Source: Coriobacteriales bacterium
GTDB lineage: Bacteria > Actinomycetota > Coriobacteriia > Coriobacteriales > UBA8131
Length of the DNA stretch: 64,000 nucleotides
Assembly (NCBI GenBank): GCA_031264075.1
Contig: JAISEO010000060.1
Coordinates: 6,354-70,353 of the forward strand
Direction of reading: 5' to 3'
Part shown: positions 8,635 to 17,413 of the stretch, in pieces
Layout: every line of letters begins with the position of its first letter
How positions within the stretch are numbered: the stretch's first letter is position 1
Made by a program: the position numbers and the translations under genes
Notes under the pieces: model-generated
What the model saw: only the letters and a program-made list of their open reading frames with translations
The model's database searches: none
What the model was told of the DNA's origin: nothing

Positions 8635-10470
8635 GTGAGCAGTCCCATGCAAGCGAGCAGAAAGCCAGCCCCGATGAACGGTGCCGCGGCCCTGCTGCAC
8701 GCGCTGGAAGACCTCGGCGTTACGCAGGTCTTCGGGCTGCCCGGCGTGCAGAATATCGAGGTCTACGACGCGCTGTTGGCCTCCGACATCCATCACGTGC
8801 TCGCGCGCCACGAGCAGGCGGCGGTGCACATGGCCGACGGCTACGCGCGTGCCACCGGCAGGGTGGGTGTGGTGCTCGCCACCAGCGGCCCGGGCGCCAC
8901 CAACACGGTCACGGGTATTGCCACGGCCTACATGGACTCCGTGCCCGTCGTGGTCATCACCGGCCAGGTGGCCACGGCCTCCATCGGCACCGACGCCTTC
9001 CAGGAGGCCGACATCACCACCATCACCCTGCCCATAACCAAGCACAGCTATCTCATCAAGGAGCCAGGGGAACTGGTGCCCTCGGTGTTTGAGGCCTTCT
9101 ACCTCGCCACGAGCGGCAGGCCGGGCCCGGTGCTCATCGACCTGCCCGGTGACGTGGCACGGGCTCCCGTGCGCTACAGACGCCCCGCGTCTCCGCCCCA
9201 GCTTCCCTCCTACAAGCCCACCATCAAGGGTAATGCGCGGCAGATAAAGGCCGCAGCGGAACTCATAGCGGGCTCAGCGCGCCCGGTGCTGCTCGCCGGT
9301 GGGGGAGCGGTGAGTTCCGGGGCCTCTTCAGAACTCATCACACTGGCGGAGCAGAACACCCTGCCGGTGGTTACAACCCTGCTGGCAAAGGGAGTCTTTC
9401 CCGCCTCGCACCCGCTCTTCCGGGGACAGCCCGGGGTGTATGGGGCGCCTGGAGCAAACGCCGCCCTGCAGGAGGCCGATGTGCTGCTTGCCGTGGGCAC
9501 CCGCTTTTCGGAGCGCGTGACCGCTGAGGCAGAGGGCTTTGCCCCGAATGCCCGGATAATCCACATAGACATCGACCCGGCGGAGATTGGCAAGAACATC
9601 CGCGTGGATGTGCCTATTGTCGGCGACGCTGCCACGGTACTCGCTGCCCTCAGAGAGCGATTGGAAGCAGCGGGAGGCAGGGCTGCGCTCAGCGGGGCTA
9701 CCGGAGAGTATGCTGCGGGCGACGAAGCTGTGCTCAGTGAGGCTGCTGTAAACGGAATCGCACAGGGTGAGGCTGCTGAGAACGGAGCCGTAGGGGACGG
9801 CGTCCTCGACGTCCCGCCACACAACCCGTCATCTGGCGCGGATGCCTTCGGAGAGAATGCGACCAAACACTGCTTTGCGGCCCTGGGAGCCCTGCTACGG
9901 GAACACGACGACGTCATCATCACGACCGACGTGGGGCAGCACCAGCTCTGGGCGAGCCATCTCCTGGACGTGGACGAGCCCCGACGCTTCATCACCTCGG
10001 GTGGGCTGGGCACCATGGGATTCGGTCTGCCGGCGGCACTCGGGGCCCAGGTGGCATGCCCGGAGGCCCTCGTGCTCTGTGTCAGCGGCGACGGCTCGTT
10101 TCAGATGAACCTGCAGGAGATGGCCACGGCAGCCGTGCAGGGCCTGCCCGTCAAAGTGCTGCTGCTCAACAACCACAGCCACGGGCTGGTGAGGCAATGG
10201 CAGGAGCTCTTCCTGGAGCAACGCTACTCCCATACGCTCCTGAGCGATACCCCGGACTATGTTGCCCTGGCCAGGGCCTACGGCTGGGAGGGGCGGACGC
10301 TTGACCTTGCCGACTGGGACAGCGGGGACGGGGCAAGTCGGCGGCTGACAGAGGATCTGTGTTGGCTGCTCGAGACCGAAGGCCCGGCCCTGCTCGACGT
10401 GGTGGTTCCCACAAGCGACCTGCTGGAGCCCATGGTGAGGCCCGGCGGCTCCCTCTCGGAGGTGATCTGA
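8635..10470 (+). CDS. ilvB: Acetolactate synthase (AHAS) large subunit
   Basis: ThDP-enzyme motifs: GAAALLHALEDLGV..VFGLPG, ATSGPGATN, TDVGQHQLW, GGLGTMGFGLPAALGA, GDGSFQMN. Followed by ilvN with a 1-nt overlap. Contains an extra Ala/Gly/Glu-rich insertion (see findings). Confidence 0.9.
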   Translation: MSSPMQASRKPAPMNGAAALLHALEDLGVTQVFGLPGVQNIEVYDALLASDIHHVLARHEQAAVHMADGYARATGRVGVVLATSGPGATNTVTGIATAYMDSVPVVVITGQVATASIGTDAFQEADITTITLPITKHSYLIKEPGELVPSVFEAFYLATSGRPGPVLIDLPGDVARAPVRYRRPASPPQLPSYKPTIKGNARQIKAAAELIAGSARPVLLAGGGAVSSGASSELITLAEQNTLPVVTTLLAKGVFPASHPLFRGQPGVYGAPGANAALQEADVLLAVGTRFSERVTAEAEGFAPNARIIHIDIDPAEIGKNIRVDVPIVGDAATVLAALRERLEAAGGRAALSGATGEYAAGDEAVLSEAAVNGIAQGEAAENGAVGDGVLDVPPHNPSSGADAFGENATKHCFAALGALLREHDDVIITTDVGQHQLWASHLLDVDEPRRFITSGGLGTMGFGLPAALGAQVACPEALVLCVSGDGSFQMNLQEMATAAVQGLPVKVLLLNNHSHGLVRQWQELFLEQRYSHTLLSDTPDYVALARAYGWEGRTLDLADWDSGDGASRRLTEDLCWLLETEGPALLDVVVPTSDLLEPMVRPGGSLSEVI

Positions 10471-10952
10471 TGGCTGAGCATACCCTCTCCATCCTCGTAG
10501 ATAACAGACCCGGTGTGCTGACGCGTGTCACGGGGCTCATCGCCCGGCGGGGCTACAACATCGAGAGTCTGGCCGTGGACAGGACCGAAGACCCCCGCCT
10601 CTCACGCGTCACGCTCGTGGCGACAGCGGAGGATGTGCCGCTCGAGCAGATCAAGAAGCAGCTGCACAAGCTCATCAACGTGCACAAGATAGTGGAGCTT
10701 AGCGCCGCAGACAGCGTAGACCGGGAGCTTGCTCTCTTCAAGGTCAGGGCCGGCACAGCAGAGCGCCCGGAGCTTATCAAACTGGCAGGGGTGTGCAAGG
10801 CCCAGGTCATCGACGTGGGAAGCGACACCCTCACCATCGAGGCCACGGGCACGCATGACCAGCTCGCTCAACTCGAAGAACTTCTCAGCCCCTACTCCAT
10901 CGTCGAGACCGCGCGTAGCGGCAAACTGGCCCTACCCCGCGGCAGGCGCTGA
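10470..10952 (+). CDS. ilvN: Acetolactate synthase small (regulatory, ACT-domain) subunit
   Basis: Start at MAEHTLSILVDNRPGVLTRVTGLIARRGYNIESLAV (ATG 10470, TGATG overlap with ilvB). This is the classic IlvN/IlvH N-terminus. Confidence 0.9.
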   Translation: MAEHTLSILVDNRPGVLTRVTGLIARRGYNIESLAVDRTEDPRLSRVTLVATAEDVPLEQIKKQLHKLINVHKIVELSAADSVDRELALFKVRAGTAERPELIKLAGVCKAQVIDVGSDTLTIEATGTHDQLAQLEELLSPYSIVETARSGKLALPRGRR

Positions 10953-10994
10953 GAACCTTATCTCAACGGTGCGGCCTGTTGGCCCTGATTACTT

Positions 10995-12479
10995 CTACTG
11001 GTTATAACGCGCGTCATCGGCGGCGGCGTTGCGGGCTATCTCGTAGGAGCTGAGCTTGTGGTCGTAGATGCGCAGGGCGGCTATCTCGCCCTTGAAAAAG
11101 GCAGCTGCTAAAGAGGCACCGCCGTCTCCGTTCCTGCATGCCAAGTAAAGAAAGTCGTTGGCAAAGTTGCCTTGACCAGCCGAGTTTTCACCTGTGGCAG
11201 GCGTGGTTGCTTGGGACGTGGAAAAAGGAAGTCCATTATTCGTACCGTCGGTGTTCAATGGTTGAAAGGGGTAAAAGTCCTTCAGGATGCCATTGACATA
11301 GGCCAGACGACCAGTACAGTCTTTCACCTTTGAAAATACCAGGGAAAACGTAGTGAAACTGTCGGGGTCGTCTGTATATGCGAAGTTACGGGCACCAGTT
11401 CTGGAGCTTGAATAGTCGCTCCCAACGCGACCTACCGTGTGCGACCGACCGATTTCGTAGCCAAAGCCAGTGGAATTGACAGTAGCACCGATGGCTCCAC
11501 GACCAGCAGGATCGGCGTTCCAGGTCTTGGTCGTTTCAAAGAGGATACCATTGGAGCCCGCAGCTGCACGAAAGCAGACTTCCACAGTAACGGCATCGGC
11601 GCCGCTGAGGTCTACCGTATTCACGCTCTTGCCGTAGTCGCCGTTGCCGTCAAAAGTGATGCCTGTGGAACCGATGGGGTTGGCGTTCTCGGTAAAGGTG
11701 AGCTCAATGTTGCCGACACCCGAGTCATTCTCCCAGATGTACTTCCCATTGTCTCCCAGAGAGGGGTTTCCCTCGCTTACACCAAACCCATAGGAAAGGC
11801 CAAAGCTCACATAGTCGGACAGGGCAGTGGTTTGGCGGGCTGGCTTTATCAGGAGGTAGAACGGGGCTTCGGTGCTGGAGGCGAACTCAGAGGCCAGAGG
11901 TGCCTCGGACACCGGGGAGTTTATCAGCTCAAAGGCTGTGGAACCCGTGGTGTTCGTGGGCTGCCCGTCGTCTCGGTAGGCAGTCACCTTCACCTCGAAG
12001 TTCTTGGTGTCGTCGGGCAGGACGTTGGCACGGTATTCCAGCGCCACCTCATAGCCGCCATAGAAGGCCAATCCGAAGTTGTTATGCGGCTCCGTCCAGT
12101 CCTCGTCATCAATCCAGAGGTAGTAGTAGCCCCTGCCCGTCGTGCTGACCTCGCCGTCGGCATCGCCGATGAAGATGATTTTCTCGCCCGCAGAAAGCGT
12201 GGTGGGCAGCTGGTCGTCCTCAGCCACGGGCACTACTTCCACGCTGTGGGCCAGGCGCAGTTCTTTGGCAATGCTCTGGGAGACACTGGTGACGTCGGTC
12301 TGCTGCTGGGAGCTCCCGGCCGTCTGGCTGAGCAGGTTTGAGCCAAACACGAGAAAGGTGCCCGCCGCGCCGATGACGAGTGCCGCCAGCATGATGCCGA
12401 CGATAAGCTCCACAAGGGTAAAGCCGTGCCGTCCCCTGAGGTGGATGCTGCTGTGCCGGTATTTTGCTCTGCTCCACAT
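10995..12479 (-). CDS. Prepilin-type N-terminal cleavage/methylation domain protein with C-terminal LamG (concanavalin-like) domain
   Basis: Start at MWSRAKYRH (ATG 12479). Class III signal RGRHG|FTLVELIVGIMLAALVIGAAG. The C-terminus ...VTVEVCFRAAAGSNGILFET...FFKGEIAALRIYDHKLSSYEIARN is typical of LamG_3 domains. Confidence 0.75.
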   Translation of the reverse strand: MWSRAKYRHSSIHLRGRHGFTLVELIVGIMLAALVIGAAGTFLVFGSNLLSQTAGSSQQQTDVTSVSQSIAKELRLAHSVEVVPVAEDDQLPTTLSAGEKIIFIGDADGEVSTTGRGYYYLWIDDEDWTEPHNNFGLAFYGGYEVALEYRANVLPDDTKNFEVKVTAYRDDGQPTNTTGSTAFELINSPVSEAPLASEFASSTEAPFYLLIKPARQTTALSDYVSFGLSYGFGVSEGNPSLGDNGKYIWENDSGVGNIELTFTENANPIGSTGITFDGNGDYGKSVNTVDLSGADAVTVEVCFRAAAGSNGILFETTKTWNADPAGRGAIGATVNSTGFGYEIGRSHTVGRVGSDYSSSRTGARNFAYTDDPDSFTTFSLVFSKVKDCTGRLAYVNGILKDFYPFQPLNTDGTNNGLPFSTSQATTPATGENSAGQGNFANDFLYLACRNGDGGASLAAAFFKGEIAALRIYDHKLSSYEIARNAAADDARYNQ

Positions 12480-12717
12480 AAGCAACCCCTGCTGCCCAGT
12501 ATTGATGGTTGATAGTGCTGAGGAGTATAGCACAGTTTTGGAAAGCAGCCAAGCCTTCAATTGTGCCACACACATGAGTACTGGTATGTTAGAATAGTGC
12601 CCAACAAAAAGGAGTTGCAATAAGGTACGAGGGTTATGCCTTATTACGGTTTGAAACAAGAGACAGAAGTGAAAGGTGGGTACATGATGTTTGAGTCAAA
12701 GCTACAGACCCCAGAAT

Positions 12718-12729
12718 GGGGGGGGGGGG
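12718..12729. repeat. Homopolymeric G12 tract between the two divergent prepilin-like genes
   Basis: Read directly: aatGGGGGGGGGGGGctc. It lies within the long upstream extension of the 12636..13532 ORF (encoding WGGG) and about 240 nt upstream of the minus-strand pilin start. Confidence 0.95.
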
Positions 12730-12857
12730 CTCACTGCCTGAGAGATAATCGCTACGCCTGCTGCCCCGAGGATACAGAGCAGAACAACACGCATTATTAC
12801 CGAGAGGATGCCGCACGTCTGAGGACTGCGGTATTTTTGCGTTCTGGGGAGAGTGCG

Positions 12858-13532
12858 GTGGGACAGGAGGGACGGGGCTGGTATCCCATCGTCCCACAGC
12901 CTGTCCGCAGCACACGGCGCGGTTTCACCCTCGTCGAGCTTATCGTCGTTATCGTGATACTCGGCATACTCGCGGCCATAGCCGCGCCAGCGCTTACCGG
13001 CTATATAGCAAAGTCGCAGGATCAACAGTACATCGCGATGGCCCGTGACCACACGGTGGCCGTGCACAGTGTCATCGACGAGCTCTACGCCGATGGGATA
13101 GTGCCCTCGTCGGGTACTCAGTGGCAGACCGGCACACCACTGTTTACCGCCGCAAGCGTGAGAAGGGACTTTCTCGTGCTCTTCCTCTCGAGTGATGCGA
13201 CGGGCGATGTTTGGGCCATCGAGCGAGAGGCTTCCGAGCTGCTTGGCGAGGTGTATGAGACATCGGCAGCAAATCCAGGCTATTGGGCGCTCTCCCTGGT
13301 AGGGTCTCCTGGCTGCAGCTGGTCTGAGGCTGATGGGTTCAATTTTCAATACAATCCTATTGGCAATTCTTCAGGTGCGCCGTATATTGTCGTCACCTAC
13401 AAGGTTGGGCATATCGACGCACCCGAGGGCACCACAGACACGGCGTTCAGTGCGTTGTACAATGCCGCCAACACCACCGCTGCCTACGACGCAGACGCCG
13501 GCTACGAGGTCTATCATCTGGTTCGTGCCTGA
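12858..13532 (+). CDS. Prepilin-type N-terminal cleavage/methylation domain protein (pseudopilin-like)
   Basis: Motif STRRG|FTLVELIVVIVILGILAAIAAPALTGY. Start uncertain. GTG 12858 (GGGGAGA at 12845-12851) gives a 22-aa leader. The ORF is also open back to ATG 12684/12636, across the G12 tract. Confidence 0.7.
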   Translation: MGQEGRGWYPIVPQPVRSTRRGFTLVELIVVIVILGILAAIAAPALTGYIAKSQDQQYIAMARDHTVAVHSVIDELYADGIVPSSGTQWQTGTPLFTAASVRRDFLVLFLSSDATGDVWAIEREASELLGEVYETSAANPGYWALSLVGSPGCSWSEADGFNFQYNPIGNSSGAPYIVVTYKVGHIDAPEGTTDTAFSALYNAANTTAAYDADAGYEVYHLVRA

Positions 13533-13638
13533 TTGCCTGCCACGGTTTTAACCACACACAGGGCATCGGCTCGGCCCCACTGCCGGTGCCCTATCGACTT
13601 GGCACGCAAGACTGGTTGTACCTGGCAAAGCAGGGGCT

Positions 13639-13686
13639 CAGGCCAGTAGTGGCCCAGGCCAGCAGTGGAGTAGGCCAGCTTTGGTA
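13639..13686. repeat. Three decaying 16-bp tandem repeats (CAGGCCAGYAGTGGNN) in a convergent intergenic region
   Basis: caggccagtagtggcc / caggccagcagtggag / taggccagctttggta. Copies 1 and 2 match at 13 of 16 positions. Confidence 0.5.
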
Positions 13687-13700
13687 CTTCCGTTTTGTCG

Positions 13701-14150
13701 TCAGGCAGTGTCCAAGGCTGCATACGTGACCGTGTGCGGCTTGTAGATCTCCACGAATTGCCTGGGACTCATTGCGGGTACCGGTGAGTGCTCGAAGTCC
13801 TTTAGATTTCTCGTTATGATGAGATCGATACTGTTCCTCTGGGCCATAAAGGCAAGCAGTGCGTCTTCATAATCAGGCATGTTACTGCTGAGAGCCTTCT
13901 CTGCATCGACAGAACGTGCATCAAGTATCTGAACGAGCGACAAGAGTTGGACCAGAAGCTCCTTTGCCTGCTGTGCCGACGCATAGTTACGCCGAGGCAG
14001 GATGTAGGCAATATCCGTAGTAGAGGTAATGGGAACGAAAATCTCAAAGGAATGCAAGAGCGAGAGATCAAAGGCAGCGTACGAGTCGAGGAGGTCGCTG
14101 GTCTTGCCAAGAATGTCGATGACGACATTGGTATCAAGGCAGACCCTCAT
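13701..14150 (-). CDS. vapC: PIN-domain ribonuclease toxin (VapC-like)
   Basis: MRVCLDTNVVIDIL..., a central acidic residue region, and C-terminal IDLIITRNLKDF. This is the PIN acidic quartet pattern. ATGA overlap with the upstream antitoxin. Confidence 0.85.
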   Translation of the reverse strand: MRVCLDTNVVIDILGKTSDLLDSYAAFDLSLLHSFEIFVPITSTTDIAYILPRRNYASAQQAKELLVQLLSLVQILDARSVDAEKALSSNMPDYEDALLAFMAQRNSIDLIITRNLKDFEHSPVPAMSPRQFVEIYKPHTVTYAALDTA

Positions 14151-14482
14151 TGTATGCCCGCTCTCAGGTGCCTTTCGAGGCGTTCATCCCTTATCTGTTC
14201 AAGCGACAAGCTCGTTGGCGCGATGCCCGCGAGTCCTTTAAGTAGAGCTCGTTTCTGAGCTATCAGATCTGAAGAGCTGGAAGTGCCTTTGTCCCTGATA
14301 CAGTCAGGGATTTTTTGACGGTGTTCAAGGAATACATAAAACCTTCGAATGGCCTCCGAAACAGAAATACCTTCGCGCTCAAGCACCGCCTCTCCGCCCT
14401 CCTTAAGGCTTTGAGGTATTCGGACGTTAATGGTTGCATCGGCACGCTCGTCACGGTGGATTTTTGTAACAGTGCCTCGCAT
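14147..14482 (-). CDS. RHH/DinJ-RelB-like antitoxin partner of the PIN toxin
   Basis: INVRIPQSLKEGGEAVLEREGISVSEAIRRF is RHH-like. The stop overlaps the vapC start (14147-14150). Confidence 0.65.
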   Translation of the reverse strand: MRGTVTKIHRDERADATINVRIPQSLKEGGEAVLEREGISVSEAIRRFYVFLEHRQKIPDCIRDKGTSSSSDLIAQKRALLKGLAGIAPTSLSLEQIRDERLERHLRAGIQ

Positions 14483-14612
14483 ATTCTCAACCTTTCTGTT
14501 CTGCCTGCATGCTTACCTATCCAGTATATATGAATGCGTTACGTAATGCAACACTATGTATTGCATCAATGCCAACCAGCCAATCAGCACCCTTTGTGGT
14601 ATAACCATACCT

Positions 14613-15632
14613 ATGCGCACACGAACTGACCGAGAGCAGCAGGAAAACCAGAACCTCAGCGCCTTTGCGGCCCTGAGCGATGCTGCCACGCGCGTGCATT
14701 CCGAGCCGCCCGATGAGTTCCGCACGGCCTTTCAGCGCGACCGCGACCGCATCATCCACTGCAAGGCATTCCGGCGGCTCAAGCATAAGACCCAGGTGTT
14801 CATGGCTCCCGAAGGCGACCATTACCGCACGCGTCTCACGCATACCCTGGAGGTGTCGCAGATCTCGCGTTCCATAGCAACGGCTCTGGCGCTCAACGAG
14901 GATCTCACCGAGGCCATCGCCATGGGCCACGACCTCGGCCACACCCCCTATGGCCATGCTGGCGAGGAGGCTCTGGCGCGCTGTCTGTCCGCGAGGCGGG
15001 GCGAGCCCTACGACCCCAGGGCCCCGCTGTTCAAGCACTCTCGCCAGTCATTACGCGTCGTGGATGTCATAGAGCGCGACGGGCAGGGGCTCAACCTCAC
15101 CAACGAGACACGCGACGGCATCGTCCACCACAGCGGCAGCGAGAAGGCCGCCACGCTGGAGGGACGCATCGTTGCCACGGCCGACCGCATCGCCTACATC
15201 AACCACGACATCGACGACGCCATGCGTGCGGGCATCATCGTGGAAAGCGACCTGCCACTCTCCACGCATACCGTGCTGGGCAACTCGCACTCTGCGCGCA
15301 TCACCACGCTGGTCAGTGATATGATCACCCATTCCGACGGCACGGGCGACATCGGCATGAGTGAGCGGGTCTGGGAGGTGATGATGGAGCTGAGGGCCTT
15401 CCTCTTCGAGCACGTCTACCGGCTGGATAACGCCAGGCGGGCCGAGGAGCCCCGGGCCCTTGAGATCGTCAGCGCACTGTTCTCGTACTACCTCGAGCAC
15501 CCCGAGGCCCTGCCCGAGCGTACCCTGGCAATAGCCGGAGGCAGCACGGAGCAGGCGGTGGTGGACCATGTTGCCTCGATGACCGACAACTATGCCACGG
15601 CGGACTATCAGCGTCTGAGACTCGCCGGGTAG
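14613..15632 (+). CDS. dgt: dGTP triphosphohydrolase-like HD-domain protein
   Basis: Start at MRTRTDRE (ATG 14613). Motifs FQRDRDRIIHCKAFRRLKHKTQVF, HYRTRLTHTLEVSQISR and GHDLGHTPYGHAGE. Confidence 0.85.
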   Translation: MRTRTDREQQENQNLSAFAALSDAATRVHSEPPDEFRTAFQRDRDRIIHCKAFRRLKHKTQVFMAPEGDHYRTRLTHTLEVSQISRSIATALALNEDLTEAIAMGHDLGHTPYGHAGEEALARCLSARRGEPYDPRAPLFKHSRQSLRVVDVIERDGQGLNLTNETRDGIVHHSGSEKAATLEGRIVATADRIAYINHDIDDAMRAGIIVESDLPLSTHTVLGNSHSARITTLVSDMITHSDGTGDIGMSERVWEVMMELRAFLFEHVYRLDNARRAEEPRALEIVSALFSYYLEHPEALPERTLAIAGGSTEQAVVDHVASMTDNYATADYQRLRLAG

Positions 15633-15727
15633 GGAATGCGGGGCAGTGATCGCACGCAGCAGAACAGGGCAGGATAGGAGAGAACAGGACCGAACAGGGT
15701 CAGACCTTCAACAGGCAAGGAGGAGCC

Positions 15728-16189
15728 ATGCCAGCACAGACAGAAAAGCTACCAAGCAGCGCCTACGTCATCACCGAACTGAAGGACCCACCCATGCCTT
15801 CAGCCGCGTTCAAGGAGATGTACGACCGGTTTGCCAAACGCATCCTCTGGATGGACGGCAACGTGGTTCCGGGTGCGTTTCAGATGAACACCGCCTGGTA
15901 CTTTGCGGTGCCCGAGAAAACACCCGTCTTTGAAGAGCATGTCCATGACACGGACGAGATAATCGGCTTCCTGGGCTCCGACCCCGACAATCCCTACGAC
16001 CTCGGTGCGGAGCTTGAGGTTTGGGTAGATGGGGAGAAGCACACCCTCACCACCTCCACGATGATCTTCTGTCCTGCGGGCATGCCCCATATGCCGCTTG
16101 TCATCAAGCGGGTCGATCGCCCCGTCTTCCATTTCTCGGTCGTGACGAGCCCCGCCTACGACGCGGGAGCCTATGGCGGTACAGTCTGA
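15728..16189 (+). CDS. Hypothetical protein, possible cupin fold
   Basis: 153 aa. The His-rich stretch EEHVHDTDEIIGFLG...MIFCPAGMPHMP suggests a cupin metal site. Weak assignment. Confidence 0.45.
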   Translation: MPAQTEKLPSSAYVITELKDPPMPSAAFKEMYDRFAKRILWMDGNVVPGAFQMNTAWYFAVPEKTPVFEEHVHDTDEIIGFLGSDPDNPYDLGAELEVWVDGEKHTLTTSTMIFCPAGMPHMPLVIKRVDRPVFHFSVVTSPAYDAGAYGGTV

Positions 16190-16255
16190 CTTTGCAGAGA
16201 CAAGCTCTCTATGGTTATAATCAGGGGTAGACATTCGCGCGTTCAAAGGAATTGC

Positions 16256-17413
16256 ATGCAAAAGAAGTATCTGATGACCCCCGGCCCCACCCCTGTTCCG
16301 CCTGAGGTACTCCTCACGCAGGCCCGCCCGATGATCCATCATCGTACCCCGGAGTTCAATGCCGTGGTGCGCAACTGTGTCGAGGGGCTCAAATATGTCT
16401 TTCAAACCGAGCAGTCCGACGTGCTGCTGTTCTGCAGCTCGGGCACCGGTGCCATGGAAAGCTCCCTGGCCAATTGCTTCTGCGCGGGAGACGAGGTGCT
16501 CGTCTGCCATAACGGCAAGTTCGGCGAGCGCATGGTGCAGATAGCAGTGGTCTATGGGCTTGCGGTCACCGTGCTGGAGTATGGCTGGCAGGAGGTTGTC
16601 GACCCCGCCGACATCGCCGCGCATCTGGCAGCCCATCCCGCAACCCGCGGCGTCGTGGTGACCCAAAGCGAGACCTCCTCCGGCGTGCTCAACGACGTGG
16701 AGGCGGTAGGCAGGATAGTGAAGGACTACGCGGACTGCGTGCTCATCGTCGATTCCATCACCGGCATTGGTGCCGTAGAGTGCAGGACCGATGCCTGGGG
16801 CCTCGATGTGGTCATGACCGGCTCGCAAAAGGGCCTCATGCTGCCGCCGGGCCTGGCTGCCGTGACGGTCAGCCCCAAGGCCTGGCGCGCCTATGAGCGC
16901 TCGACGCTTCCCAAGTTCTATTTCGACTGGAAGAAGTACCTCAAGAACCTGGAGAAGGACACCACACCCTTCACCCCGGCGGTGAGCCTCATGATAGGCC
17001 TCGACCGGTCGCTCAAGATGATGCGCGAGGAGGGGCTGGACGGTATCATCGCCCGCCATGCCCGTCTCGCCGAGGCCACGCGCCAGGGCGTGGAGGCGTT
17101 GGGACTTGAGCTCTTTGCCCCCGTGGAGGGCCGTGGCAACGCGGTAACGCCCGTGTGGGTGCCGGACGGCATTGACGGCAAGGAGCTGGTGAGGATACTG
17201 AAGAACAGGCATGGCGTGACCATCGCCGGTGGCCAGGACGAGTACGCGGGCCGGATAATCCGCATAGGCCACCTCGGCTACTTTGGCGACTTTGACATCA
17301 CCACCACGCTCGTCGCGCTGGAAATGACGCTGAGCGAGTTGGGCTATGACTTCGAGCCGGGCGCGGGCATCAGGGCCGCCGAGGCGGTTCTGATGGCTGA
17401 AGAGGAGGACTGA
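16256..17413 (+). CDS. Class V aminotransferase (serine-pyruvate / phosphoserine aminotransferase-type)
   Basis: Start at MQKKYLMTPGPTPVPPEVL (ATG 16256; AAAGGA at 16245-16250). GSQKGLMLPPG carries the PLP-binding Lys. 1-nt overlap with serA suggests a serine-pathway role. Confidence 0.8.
   Translation: MQKKYLMTPGPTPVPPEVLLTQARPMIHHRTPEFNAVVRNCVEGLKYVFQTEQSDVLLFCSSGTGAMESSLANCFCAGDEVLVCHNGKFGERMVQIAVVYGLAVTVLEYGWQEVVDPADIAAHLAAHPATRGVVVTQSETSSGVLNDVEAVGRIVKDYADCVLIVDSITGIGAVECRTDAWGLDVVMTGSQKGLMLPPGLAAVTVSPKAWRAYERSTLPKFYFDWKKYLKNLEKDTTPFTPAVSLMIGLDRSLKMMREEGLDGIIARHARLAEATRQGVEALGLELFAPVEGRGNAVTPVWVPDGIDGKELVRILKNRHGVTIAGGQDEYAGRIIRIGHLGYFGDFDITTTLVALEMTLSELGYDFEPGAGIRAAEAVLMAEEED

Noticed and set aside
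13639-13686. Three 16-bp tandem repeats as a possible regulatory array or mini-CRISPR
   Set aside because: The copies decay rapidly (13/16, then about 10/16), have no spacer structure, and lie between two convergent gene ends. Listed as a repeat feature only.
15800-17272. 490-aa minus-strand ORF, and similar long antisense ORFs (e.g. 18986-19936, 35888-36886, 38951-40054, 45587-46861, 56278-57195)
   Set aside because: They lie antisense to genes with unmistakable family motifs (serC-like, menA, smc, ftsY/ffh, the Mo-enzyme, the helicase). They are Arg/Gly/Ala/His-rich shadow frames typical of high-GC DNA, and they lack SD sequences.
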